A stretch of DNA of 64,000 bases from assembly GCA_043228905.1 (NCBI GenBank), contig JBHGNT010000014.1:806001-870000 (forward strand). The letters run 5' to 3'. Each line of letters begins with the position of its first letter. Position 1 is the first letter of the stretch. Below the pieces are notes generated by a model that worked only from the letters and a program-made list of their open reading frames with translations, made no database searches and was not told where the DNA came from. The translations under genes and the position numbers were made by a program. Source of the DNA: Azolla caroliniana (lineage: Eukaryota; Plantae; Polypodiophyta). This document shows positions 1-13,800 of this stretch, piece after piece.

Positions 1-991
1 CACCGTAGGACGCCAGATACTTCGTGGCATCCCTCCCATCGAACCGGCCGATCGTGCCGACGACCGCCTCGATAGCTCTGTCGAGGGCACCGGTGCCCTC
101 GCGCGCATTTACAATCCGATCCACGGCCGAAGCCATGGCCTCTGCAAGATCCGACCCCCTCATCTTCTGCTCTTCTGCCGCCTCTTTCACGTCGGGTTCA
201 CCAAAGATGTCTAGATATTACGCAAGTGCGTGTGGAAACGAGGCGGGACCGCGGGGGTCTCGAACCAAAGAGCAAGCGAGGGAAGAGAAAGAGGGAGAAC
301 CGGCTACGCAGGACCGGGGATACACAGGGACACGGCCCTTCAGCACGGAGAACGCGAACAGACACCGACACAGACAGATGCGAATGACTAAATATGTATA
401 TTAAGAAAAATGGCTAGCATGACTACAACCCCCGATGGGGCACAGGTTGGTTACAACCGAACAGGCCGGCGAACAGATGCCGATGCCTGTTCGCTTCGAC
501 GCACAAAGGGGGTAGCAGGTCGGAGGTGCTGCCGGAAGCGCTCGGGCGTTCCTCGAAACAGCGCGAGCCTCCTCGGAACCCTGCACAGAAAGCTATGGAG
601 CTCAAGAAGGAAGGAAACAGAGAGAGAAGCGTCCAGAAACGGTCCGACAGCACTTCGTCCTCTCTGCGCGAGATGCCCGCAACAGCTCTTTCCTCCTCTT
701 ATATAGGCCGACGAGCAGGCCGTCGTGTCAGCTTTATTCCCTGTCCCTTTCGAACAGGGATCCGCTCCGTTCTTCACGCATCCGCGTAGTTACGCCGCCG
801 ACTCGTACAGTTCGCGCGCGCGACCGGAAAGACTGTTCGCGCGGTCTTTGTCTCCACTCGTGTTAGGGCCCGTTCCTGCCAATTATCCTCCTAATTCGCT
901 TCTATGTACAACTTGGAGCGTGCGCGCGTGAAGAACCGGTTCCCACGCCTTGGTGCGCCGATTCCGCTTATGGACGGTTTTCTTCACGACA
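1..991 (-). mobile_element. 5' end of a Ty3/gypsy LTR retrotransposon (5' LTR 208-991, tRNA-Trp PBS ~187-203, gag start at 163), running off the left edge
   Basis: On the minus strand the LTR reads TGTCGTG...CTAGACA, then a 4-nt spacer and TGGTGAACCCGACGTGA (same PBS as at 38187). The gag begins MRGSDLAEAMAS...GRFDGRDATKYL, similar to GQFNGKDVSRYL in the gag at 38249. The outer flank is ACGT (992-995). Confidence 0.8.
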
Positions 992-3160
992 ACGTGATTG
1001 ATGTATGTGATTATGGCATTGCACCGGAGTATGTAGAAGCATTCATTAGAAGTTGTGGTTGCCAAATGGTGTCAAAGGTTGACCCGAACGAAAGTTTGGG
1101 AGAGAGCATGGTCACATATAACAAGACCCTACCCATAGAAGTGATCAAGGTAGAAACCCACCAGTTATATGATGCGCTCACGGATTTGCAAACCAAGTAT
1201 CACACAAGCTTAAGGAAAGGAGTCAAGAAGGGTATGCGTGTGACTAGGTATAGTTGTCATTGTGTCTAATTCCACTTGACGACATAGTTGCACACCCCGA
1301 TGTGGGTGTACATTCCATGTGGGCATTAGAATGAATGACAGGTTGACAATGAGACATTGTCCATTTTGATATATGGACCTCACAATGGTCATGTACCATG
1401 TAGTAGGTTGGATGTGTACCATTTGCCAGCACACCCCAATGTCATAAGTTGTTGCAAAGATGACCTATTTGATATTGGGTGTGCAAGGCATGTGGCACGA
1501 ATGAGCATGCGTAAGTAAGCATATCATAAGTCCAAGGCTAGTCCATTAGAGCTTGTTAGCTATAAGTTCTTGGGCAATCGACTCGACATTTAAAACAAAC
1601 CAATTTGGGCTACCCCAACGCCATGGGCATTGGGATCTCGTTATGGTACATGCTTTGTAGTTTTGATAAGGGGTCAAACCATGAGCAAGTCGCATTAGAA
1701 ACTTTCTTGAGAGTCATATTCGCAATGATGCCCATGGTGAGGCCAAATGAGATAGTGATTGATAAATGTTGGACATCATATAATGCCATAACTAATGTGG
1801 TTTCAATAGATTGTCAATCTTGGATTGTTGTAAATGGGCAACAGTCGCAAACAGATTGTTGACCTTTGTTGTGTCTGTTTCACGTCAAAAAATCATGGGT
1901 GGACCATTTGTTGTAAGTGCAACTGAGAGAAACCATCTTTATAAATGAAAGTGCCAACTGATGCAATGCATTACTAAATCCACATTCAATTTTATGTGTG
2001 AGGAGTTAAAGGTAGAATATGCAAACAAGCCCGATGTTTGGCCATATATAGAAGGAGGATGGTGTGGTTTGACATGTGTGTGGAGGAAAGTCTAGCCCAA
2101 GTTAGGTAGAATGTTCAACTACGGACATGTTGACACTACCAATATCATGGAAAGACATTGGCAGTTTATCAAGTATACTGCCTTGAGAGGAAGAATAAAC
2201 CGATCAATTACCGACCTTGTGCATGTCTTAATTGGGGATAGTGAAACTGACACTTGCATTAGAGGAACGATCGTAGAGTGGTACAAGCAACGACTAGAAA
2301 TATGTGAGAGTGGTCGATTTGCACCCCATGCAAATTGTAGGGATCAAAGGATCAAACTTAAAGAGGCCGAGAGAATATTGGAAAGTTATGTCAATGATAC
2401 TTCCACAATGCATATTGTAGACAAGGCCTAATATTGGTTTAGAATCTTGATCATGATGACTCCCAATCTATGGTATAATGTCTCACTCCAATGCTCATAT
2501 TGTGATTGCCAAGACTGGGCCAAGACCTTGCGAGTAAATGCTTACATTTACTTGGTATTTGAATGATTATTGAGATGCACATGCCACATTTATGTGGCTC
2601 ATTGCATTTTAGAGATCATGCAACCCAAATGCGAATGGACCACAATATAGAAATAGAAGTGGAGACAGAGGTAGAATGAGTCGAGGAGATAAACCCCACA
2701 ACATCAGAGATGGAATCATTGAAGTCCAAAATACAAATGGCCGAGGAAGCACTTCAATGTCTCAAGCATGGGTTAGGAACTTCGACCATACAACTATTTT
2801 GGAATGTATACAAACATTGGAAGATATGACTGAGAAGTTGTATTGCATTGGTGCACCAAAATCAACCAATGACGAAGATGGCAGATCAATAAGTCACAAC
2901 CAACAAATCGGTGCCAAAAGAAGCGCCACAATAGACATCTCGCAAGAACTTATTGGTAGCTCCCCAAACACATCCAAATCCCACACCGGAAAACTACAAA
3001 GAGGTGCAACTCGGGCTAGGAGGTGATTACCAATATGTGACCATGAGAAGGTTCGGTGTTTGCGTTGTAATGGCTTGACCTTGACTTCAAGGGACTCAAT
3101 TGTTACTTGTTGTAAAAATTGTGGCTGCATTTTGCCATCATCCCCACGTGAGCCATAATC
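992..3160 (+). mobile_element. Degenerate Mutator/MULE-like transposase with SWIM zinc finger (pseudogenised)
   Basis: Fragmented ORFs carry IVIDKC...YNAI, CLFHVKKSW (CxxH), TTNIMERHWQFIKY and a CDC..W..C.. SWIM-like remnant near 2490-2545. There are many stops and frameshifts. Short subterminal-type repeats (GGCTCCTGGTTACAGAG) lie at ~3475-3600. Confidence 0.7.
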
Positions 3161-4629
3161 TTAATATGTAACATGTGTATTCATAGTTCATTATAGGGTT
3201 TTTGGCTTGGATTATTCCCATTGTCGATATTTGACGTTTAAATCTTTTACGTAAGACTTGTTATTTGAAACTTTAAGTTGATTTTTTATTTGAAGCTTGG
3301 AGATATAAGTTTGTGTGATTTTTGAGTTTTAAGTTTTAGGTTTTGAGCAATTGGAAGTTTAGGTTTTTTTTGAGTAATTTTATGCATTATTTTCACGACA
3401 AATATTTGTTGTACACTTAATTTTTTTTGGAGTTTTTGATGTTTGTTTCTAAGTCGGGCTCGTGCCTTGAGTCGGTTGGGCTCTTGGTTATAGAGACTGT
3501 CAGACATCGGGGCTCCTTTTGACAAAATCGGGCTCCTGGTTACAGAGGTTGTTATACAACATGGCTCCTTTTGACAAAGTTAGGCTCCTGGTTACAGAGG
3601 CAGTAAACTTTTTATCCACATTGGATGGTGGAGATCGCACACGCCATCAACTAAGCGACCTGCACTGTCCGCGCCCACGATCCCCTTACTTGCCCTCTTT
3701 AATTTTTGGTAGCAGTTAGACACGGGTGTACATACATAGATTCATAGAACATAATAAACGTGTTCGTGCAAGCATACAAATGTTTGAAAACGAACACGTT
3801 TGAAAAGGGAAAAATGCATGGTCCTTTTTTAATTTTTTGTTTTCCTTTTCAATTATTAGAAATTACCTTACCTTTGTGGTAAGTTGATATGTTACTACTA
3901 CCTATGTTTTGGGTTTGAATCCTAATTTTCTCATCTCTCATCTCTCTCTCTCGTTATTGTCATGTAATACCAAAATTGTATGTTAGTGTCATGTTTTCTT
4001 CGTATTCTCAAATATAAGTTTTATGAGTTTTTTGAGCGTTTGATTCAATCTCTAAAGTTCATACTCATTTTTTTGGTAAAGTTCTAAAGTGAAGAAATTG
4101 ATACCTTCACTAGTTGCGAGATGAGAACATTTGATGACTGCAAGATGAGCTCATCATCAATACAATTTATGGCTTTGAACTATTTGATTATTATGTTTGT
4201 GCTTTCTAATGCTTTAGTAGTCAAACTAAAGTTTTGAACTTTCAATTGTGTTAGACATTTGTTTCAATCAATATATATATATATACATAGACAATATAAA
4301 GTCCCATAGTACATAATATACTCGAATGCATTGGCAAACATGTTTTTTTTCCCACACGAATGAAAACGAATGCGCATGCTATCAAAACATTTTTATGTAT
4401 TATTATTATTATTATTACACTTTTTTACCTTAACGTTCTTAGCTTAAAAAATAAAATTACCTTCTAATAAATAATGAATACCAAAGTATTGAGTCTTTGG
4501 ACCATATGTGCTTCGAGGGTGTTTACCGCACTCGAATGGTTTAAACATTCGTGAATGCGAATGCACGTATGGTTCAGCCCATACGAAAAGGCTACTTTTG
4601 TAAATAGTAGAAACGTGCGAGATAAGGGT

Positions 4630-4706
4630 CTCTTCTTCGTCTTCTTCCTTCTTCTTCTTCTTCTTCGTCTTCTGCTTCTTCTTCTTCTGCTGCTTCTTCT
4701 GCTTCG
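4630..4706 (+). repeat. (CTT)n-rich microsatellite in the ArgRS 5' leader/promoter
   Basis: Imperfect CTT/CTG repeat run about 120-200 bp upstream of the ATG. Confidence 0.85.
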
Positions 4707-4827
4707 ACGTTCTCTGCGGCCGCCTGCTCCTCGATCTGCCTTCTGCTTCGCTCTGTCTCTTTCTCACACGCATACACAGTCACAGTCACAGGCAGAGGCA
4801 AGAGGCAGTGACAGACAGTCAGGTACG

Positions 4828-7800
4828 ATGTGGCAATCCCTAACTCCTTGCCTTTCTCTCTCTTCGCGCTCGCCTCTTGCCATCGCCAAATCGTCTGGTA
4901 ACTCCAGCCCTTTCTCCTCTTTGTTCCGTTCAATTTGCTTAGGAAGACGTCCCCTGAATCTCATTGCAGAAGAGAGTGAAGAAAAAAGAGAAAAGGAAAG
5001 AACAGAATAATGAAATGAAATGAAAGGAAAAAAAGAGATAAAAGAGGAAAAGAAACCTGACAAGGGAATCCTCATGGCATTCACGACTCTGGATCTGTCT
5101 GTCTTTCTGCTTAGACATGCGAATGAAGTATGTCTTCCTTTTCTGCTTAATTCACCCCCTCCTTTCAAAGAAAGAGCTCTCTGAATCTAATGAAAAAAAA
5201 CACACAACAAATAAAAGGAAGAAGGGAGAGAAGAACGGAAAGAGACATGGGAAACTTATGTTTTTCTTCACGAGTCGATCGTAAGCATTCTGTGTAGTAA
5301 TCATGCGAATGAAAGCACTAAAAGAAATGTTTTTCCTTCCAAATTGTCTGGTAATCTGGTCGTTTTTTTGGCAGCTTACAGAAGGACTCCCCTCTAATCT
5401 TATGAACCATCTTCTGTATAGATCCATGGAATAGAATAATATTTTTGGGAAACTTATGCTTTTCTTGCTCACCTTGTCTGATCTGTCAAAACTTTTGACA
5501 CAGTGTTGTATTTTCATTCTTTTCTTTCAATTTCTGATGTGATAAGCCTGACCTCTTTTTGCAGGATCATCACAATTTCAATCAAGAACATCTCACCTGC
5601 ACAGGCTTCCATTTTTGCTGAAGAATTCCCGAAACAGAAAATTGTTCTTTGTTCGCTTCCAAAATAGTTCTTTCAGTTCTCACCTCACCATGAATCAGAC
5701 TTTGAGTTCTCCAAATGTACCAAAGGTTTGTGCTCGATTGGTCAATGTGAGCATGCGTAAGCTACTTCATGACGTTCATGGAACATGTGGGAATACTTTG
5801 TGCGTCGAATCATTCTTTTCCCATGTATATGCATTTTATGTATATTTGGAGGAAAGCAAACATGAATTATGTGGAGACTGTTTTCATTATCCAAAGTGGC
5901 AAATAAAATGAGATGCTATATGAACATAATTGAAATACCATCTGAAATATTCAGCTAGACTGAAGTTCTATCCATATGAACATCATGACAATGCCTGAGA
6001 ATAGGGATTACATAACTAGCTATGGCATTATACGTTGTGTAGAGAGCTCTGCACTTGTGACATAGTGGAAAAACTATGTAGGGGTGCGATAAGAGTGCTA
6101 CTTGTGTGAGGATGAAAAATAAAGAATGGAATATGAATGATGATTTGGATATGCACATTAGTTTAGCACCAATTAATCTCATGAGCATAAAAGGAGAAAT
6201 GATTGTTCTTCCATGTCCTTTTAATCAGCTTGCTACGTCTGCACATGCACGCCGTCAGATTGCAGATCTGGTACAAGAGGCATTAACATCTTTATTTCCA
6301 GAAGAATCAGGAAACGAACCTTTAGTTGCTGCTTGCACAAATAAGTTTGGGGATTACCAATGGTACATCTACTTTTTGGTTCTGGAATTTTGTGGAATTC
6401 TTGTTATGTGACAAATGGTTGGTAACACTGTCATTTCAGCAACAATGCAATGGGTATCTGGTCAAAGATCAAAGGTAAACACCCAGATTTCAAGAGTCCT
6501 AATGCTGTTGGACAGGTATGTCTATTGTTGGGGTTGTAAGAGTTCAAAAATGAACTGGAATGATTGTTGAACGTTTGACTTACATTGTCCAACTGTGTGT
6601 GACTTTCAATTTTGCAGGGAATTGCAAAAGCTATACCAGCTTCGCCCCTTATTGGGAATACTAGTGTTGCTGGTCCTGGATTTGTGAATATTGTTGTCTC
6701 TAGTGCATGGATTGAAGAAGTGAGTCTCTGTTTCTTTTCTGTACTTGCCTTATAGTTAAGTTGCTAATGCAAATATTTAGACCATTTAGATGCACTAGAA
6801 CCTGGGTTTGTGAATGTTGTTTCCAGTTTGTGGATTGAAGAAGCAAATGTCTGTTTCTGTTCTGTATTTAGCTGATTCTTAAGTTACCGATGCCAGCAAA
6901 TTGTTAGACACATGTAGATTCCTAGGGTGCTCATATACTTTTTTGTTCACTTGTTGTAATTTTGCTGCAACTCTGTTTTTGGAACACTGGTATAGAAATC
7001 CATAAACTATGTCTGGATTATGACCATGTCCTACTCTCTCCCTTCCTGTGTTATTTTCACAAATCAAAGGCAGGTGCAAAAATGCACTATGCTTGCGAAC
7101 GGGTAGTGAGTTTAGTTCAGTGTTTTATCATTATGGTATGGACATTGGACCTTCTAATATCACTGGGAGGTTAACTTAGTCTTCTATTATGATGGTTCAA
7201 GTTCAAAGTTCACCTTACACCCTAAAGCAAGAGTAAAAGACTTCTCGAGTTTCTGATCATTCATGTAATTTTGATAGGAATGGAAGTACAAGTCTATTTG
7301 ACTACCTTAGAAATGACAATGTCTTGGATGCAACATGTTATGCTCATATAGAATATGGCATGTGTATTCATGCCTTGGTACCAATGATCTCAGGACTCAA
7401 ACCTCACTAAGATGACACTCTCACACTTACTCCCATCAAAGATATTCACTTAGTAACGACGACACGCAGATGTGAAGAATGCAATATAGTTCTCAAAACC
7501 CTCAGCAAGTAATTCAATCGGGAGGATTGCTACACAAGGTGGATGGAAAGAAATCGAGAAACAAGGAAACGTCTATGAAGAAATCTCTATGCAGTCAAGT
7601 AAAGTCGGTCACTTAAACAGAAGAACACCCTTGCATGTTGTTCTCTTCACCAATCTAGTTCTAGAAAACTGGACAGAAAATCTTGTATGTTGAGTTGGAA
7701 CTATGGGATGTGATCCCAAGGATGCAATTGATATAAAGGTATATATGGTCTTCATATTGGCCACGCTGACATGTTTATAGATGTCTATACAATGGTCTTT

Positions 7801-10800
7801 GGTGCATTTCACGTCATAAACATATTTTCATACTTTATTTCTTTATGTACACATTAATGCAGAGAATACACAAAATGTTGGTTGATGGCATAGACACTTG
7901 GGCTCCTGAACTCAATTTGAAAACGGCTATTGTCGATTTTTCTTCCCCAAATATAGCAAAAGAAATGCATGTTGGTCATCTACGGTCGACAATTATCGGC
8001 GATTGTATAGCTCAAATGCTTGAATATTGTAATGTAGAAGTGCTACGCAGAAACCATGTTGGAGATTGGGGAACTCAGGTCAGTGAAAATTGGCCATTTA
8101 TCTTTCAGGAGAAATTTTCAATCTTATTATTGGGTTGTTCGGTGAAGTTATAATATCTCATCACACCTTAATATGATAAAGGCTGGAGTATGAAGTTCTA
8201 AAGTAAAATAAATAATAACTAAGCTAGATTTTGTCTTTTATGACCATATCCTAACAGTTCATCAAAACTTGCAGTTTGGAATGTTGATTGAGAACCTTTT
8301 TCAAGAACATCCCGATTGGGAACAAGAAAATGATGAGAATGCTGTTAGTGTATTGCAGGTGAGTTTTTTAACCTGGGAGATGGTTCTGGATTTCAATCGT
8401 GTTCTAGAATATTGATAGATGCCTCAATTAGTATCACCAAATGGTCCACTTGTTACACTATTGACTTTTCTTAGGTTGAAACCTATTAGTTAATGTTTCT
8501 TACTGAGTGCATCTTTAGACAAATGAATGGCATGGCAGTAATTTTGATCAACCAGTGTCTGTTTTCTAGTATTTATTTTTCTCAAGCTGTGTGTTCTCTT
8601 AAACATTGTTTGGTACTTATTTGCTCAAACTTATGTTGCTATATATAATCTGGGCACAAATAACTGTCTCTTAGATTCGTGAATGGTGATCTGAAGAAGT
8701 ATCACGTGCCTGATGCTCATAAAGATTGAGGTGAACCTTGTTTATGCAGAAACTTTATAAAGAATCAAAGAAGAAATTCGATGCAGATCCTATTTTCAAG
8801 GAAAAAGCTCAACAAGCTGTAGTTCTACTTCAGGTAAAGGTTTAAAAAAAAATGATGTTATGGTTTCAAAAATGCTCAAAAATACTAATGGTGGATATTT
8901 CTCCACTTTGACAGGGTGGAAATGAAAGATATCTTGAAGCATGGAAACATATTTGTGCTCTTAGTCGGAAAGAGTTTGAACAAATCTATCAACGGCTCAA
9001 AGTTAGAATTGAAGAGAAGGTGTCCCTCTTAGTCATACTTTTCTTTGAGACAATTATATTTTGCTATTGCTGTTAGGCCCACTGCTTCTCCTGCAAAATG
9101 TGTGAAAGCTATTTAAATATAATTATAGAATTTATAATGATACATCTATATGTTGTGTTCAGGACTTTATATCACTTGTTAGATTCTTATAGTTTATCCT
9201 CATTAAATATGATTTTGAAGTCAAATTGGGACGTATCCACCTATCAGGTTCATGTAATTGATCCTCTTGGTTATTTGTAAATAACAGGACTTAAACACAT
9301 TGAAGCACGGTAATTTTCACGTAGAAAAAGGCAAATGCTTGATAAATTTTCAAATCAACATTTTTGTTGTCAACAATTCACAATTAGAATAATCAATCTG
9401 AACTTAAATTTTATTGATCTTGGAGAATGAAGTCATATCCTCGATTTCTGAACTGAACAAATAGACAAAGACATGACCAACATCCCTATAATGGTTAGGG
9501 TGGCATATGAAACTCAAATACGTCCCAATTATAATGTCACAGGAAACCTTATCCATACAAAAACAGAAGGTCATTGAGGTGGCTATAAGCGAAAAAGTGA
9601 CCCTAATCTGGACTTATCTATTATAAAAATGGAAGAATTATATCTAGTATGTACTTGAGAAATCCTTCTTCCAGTATAGTTGTATACCTTGAGACTATAC
9701 TTCAATGTGTTTGAATCCCATTGCACTTCATTGCAACAACGTATGGGTCATGGATGCATTCTTAATTAATTATGTAATGTTTTTCATGCCATACTTTATG
9801 TAACAGTTCCTAATTTCTTTGGGTAGACCTCAACAGTAGTTTCTGTTCTTCTATCAAAAGTTCTCTTTCCTGATACGGCTTGGAATTCCTTTTTGATCCC
9901 TTCTTTGACTGAAATTTTGCTTCGATGCCCTCTGGAAAGATTTTTCTCACCAGAAATTTATGGTCGTTGGTCGATTTATTCGAGAATTCCTTGATCCCAG
10001 ATATTTCTATGCCGTGAGGCCATATTTTTCCACATTTGAATCCTGTTGCACTTCATTGAACTGCGCATTGGCTGCAGATGCATTCTCGTTCAATTATGTT
10101 ATGTTTTTCATGCTAGTCTTTCATTGAACTGTGGTTGCTGGACGATTTACTCAGAAAAAACTTTCTACTGGATAATTATATGCCTTGAGTTTGTTCTCTG
10201 CACAGCTTTTTAATCCCATTACGCTTCATTTGCAACAAGGCATTGGCTACAGTTGTATTCGCAATCAATTATGTAAACTCTCTGATAGTCTTTGAATACT
10301 AGTTTCTTTTCAATATGTTCAGACCATTAAACTTCTTGAAAAATCTAATAGGCAATAAGGCTTCCCAAAACTTATATATTCTTCAAGATTTTGGTAACTT
10401 TTTGCATCCTACTGGTGGCAAGCTCTTGTGACATCTGCTACAATATTGTTTGTCAACAACACAGACTAGGAAACATGTTTGAATTTGGTCCATGCAGAAG
10501 GTACTTGGCTTTCTAGTGAACAGCATCTCATTGAAGGCGGTGACTTTCGTTCATGGTTTTGATGATTCAATTAACTTTCATCGCGTTTGCTGCATCTAAT
10601 TATTGTATAAAATTTAAAGCCTTTAGCCTATCCTGTGTAATGCTAATAGTTGCACCTCTTCATCATAATCCTTCGTTTTTGTGTAAGCATCAAGTGGTAA
10701 TAAATAGGTTCTGTTAAAAGTGATGCTTCACCATTTTTCATTTGTGAGCCCCTACCATATGGTCTTGTAGCCATATATGAATGAATGAAAGAAAGAAATA

Positions 10801-13800
10801 TATATGAACATCTTTTAAGAGGCCAAAATGGCCTATAAGACCATAGATGCCCACATATGGTTTTAGAAAGCCAGCTATTCCAAAATGTCCTCCAGGACCT
10901 CGAATGCTTCCAAAAGGTCCTTAGAAGCATGGTTGCATGACAATATTTTTGTATATAGGATTGGCCATGCTGGTTTGCATTTGCCCAGATACTTTCCCCC
11001 ATATGTAGGATTGAAAATTTGTCGAATTTCCAGCCAATCTCGATCACTGACCCACTGCCAAAGTAACTGGATGTGCAGAGGGCACTAGAATTATCAGATA
11101 CAACCTATTCACTATTTCTGTGTTACATTTTGAACATCTAATAATTGTCTTAAAATATGGTCTCACCCTTCTCAGCCTTCCTTCTGAGAGGGGAATTGAC
11201 ATTCTTCATGGGCTTCGGAAATTTTGGGTTTTGTATCAGTTACGGAAATGTATTTTGAACATTTAAGAATTGTGTCTTCAGAGTACGGTCCCAATCCTAT
11301 CATCCTTCTTCAATGGTTGCAATACGATCACTGTTCTAGAAATGCTATGAGAAACATGTGGTACTTATTCAGTTTTGTGACTAAATGAAAAGATCTCATT
11401 TGTAACATCACTCTGATCTGCTTTGTTGTTAATGTGTTCTCCAACAACTAACCAACTGTCATGTTTTTTTTGAAGACAAAATGATCAAATCCTTTTGATG
11501 GAACCATAAAACCTGTCTGCCTCTGGAGATTCCAGAGGGCGACAAAACACTAGTCGAACCATCAATTTGAAAAGATACTTGAAAAGTTTTTACAGAAAAA
11601 CACCTCAATCAACGTTTGAATCCACTAAGGCATAATTTCACATCCATGAAGTTTGAACTTTCACGCCTTCTGGGTCCACCTTCCTGCGGGTGCTATTCAT
11701 GTGTCAAGCATTGGTGCACACATGTTTGCGCATGAGGTAGGGCATGGCGGGAAGACGTAAAGTGAGACAAATTTGTTTTAGTGCGTTGATATCTGTACAT
11801 TTTCTCTCCAAAGGCTCCTAAAGCAGCATGCCTCATTGTCAAATTATCTCTTCCTTTATCTTGAATTGGGGCCCCACAAAAGCGACTACCAAGTTTGTTC
11901 CTAATTTATGCATTTTGTATTTAGCTCCATTGTTTTGTCTCTACATTTGTTTCGATGTTTCCATCATTAATGTAAATTATTTTTGTTTCCATTTTTAGAT
12001 CAGAACCTCAAATATCTTTATTCATGTTTTTGGTCGATCATTCCCTTTCTGTTTCTCGTTTTTTCTATGTGTGATACCTTGTATTAATGGATATTTTTAT
12101 GTTTGTCAATCATTACTTTTTTTAATCTTTATTCATTTGTTCAAACTCTTTGACACAGGGTGAGAGCTTTTATAATACATATATTCCCTCTGTTATACAA
12201 GAGCTTGAAGGAAAGGGTCTTGTACATGAAAGTGAAGGTGCAAAAGTTATACATATAGATGGCCAAAATATTCCATTAATTGTTGTTAAGAAGGATGGTG
12301 GATTCAACTATGCTTCAACTGACTTAGCTGCTCTCTGGTATGATGGTTGTGAATTATAGGGTATGATGGTTGTGAATTATAGAAATCATGTGAATTCTTT
12401 ATAGAAGTTATTTCAGATGATGTTCCATTTCTCTATGATTTTAAGGTACCGTTTGAATATAGAGAAGGGACAGTGGATAATTTACGTCACAGATGTTGGA
12501 CAATCCCTGCATTTCGACATGTTCTTCAGTGTTAGTATACTATTCCCATTTTATATGATTTTAACTCAAGGTCCGAGTTCTCATGTGTAAGATACGATTT
12601 ATGATTTTCTTACTGCAAGTATGCTATTCATCCTAAGGTTTCTACTATTGAAGAATGATGCTTATTTTTGTTGTTTCTATGCATGCATGGACTTTCTGAA
12701 CTGGGATCGAGGGTTCTAATAATAGTCTACTGTCCTACTGATGATGATAATGAGAAGATTTTTTAAGCTCCTTTCATTTTAGTCATAGAGCTGATCATAT
12801 CGAGTTCTTGAACTGACCTTTAGGTGTCTGTGTATATTGTATTGTTTTGTTAATTTCTCAAACTAGATCTTGAGAACTTGAAGTATTTATTTTGCAAGAG
12901 AAAATTTGGTTGATTACATTCCCCAGAAGAGGCAAGGATAAGAATGAAGATAAATGTAAAATACGACACACCAATCTTTGAAACATATACTCAATCATGT
13001 CTGGCAGGAGAAGAGACAAGTTACGTATGGTTGACAAATTGATCTTGGTGGCCATCCATCATGGTGAACAAGTGATTACATGGATTCTAGAGTCACAACA
13101 GAATCCCGTTTCTGTGCCATTCTCACATGTGGTTGGTAATAATATCCAATTTGTATTTAGGTGCCATCTTGCACGCAACATTATGTGAGAAAAGCTGTTA
13201 ATAGCAGCAGTGGAACAGTTGTTAGAACAATATAGACACAGCCAAGCTGTGAGAAGGCTGTTAGACAGCAGTAGCAAAAATGGTAGTTAAAAGTAGAGAC
13301 ACAGCCAAAGAGTAGAGCTGCTTTGCAAGTAGCGGCAAAAATCAAGTCTTTACAAAAGAGGCTGGTATAGCCTATTTATACAAAATTGGGGAATGTGGGT
13401 GAAATGGTTGTTTGGTAGTTAAGTGACTCTTGTACTACCAAACAGGTACAATAAATTAGGAATAAGAGGGAATATCTTGGAAAAAGTGGAAGAGAGAGAA
13501 GGCATTTAAAGTGTTGCAGAATCTAGATAGAGAAGGCATTTAAAGAGTTGCAGATCTAGAGAGAAGAATCTAGGAAGAGAGAATGTAGAAGAGAGATATT
13601 AAAGATGAAAGAGAGTGCAGGTCTGGAGCTGCCACCCTCTCAGCACATTATCTGCATACTCAAGATAGGCCATTGCAAACTGGGTTATGATCTGAGCAAC
13701 AGCAATAATTGAAGTGGATAACCTTATTTCATTCAGTGAGTCATAGCAAAAAGGTCTTTCGTTTTTCTGAAATCTGGTTTTTGGATGGGCTACAAAAGTA

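Noticed and set aside
904-1269. 121-aa ORF as an independent gene
   Set aside because: It is a chance fusion across the LTR end (991) and decayed MULE sequence.
4444-5168. K/E-rich and L-rich overlapping ORFs
   Set aside because: Products of the CTT repeat and a GA-rich intron; only 4828-4897 is supported as ArgRS exon 1.
12739-12798. Intronic box C/D snoRNA (TGATGA...CTGA)
   Set aside because: Too short, with no clear terminal stem or recognisable rRNA guide; such motifs are common in AT-rich introns.
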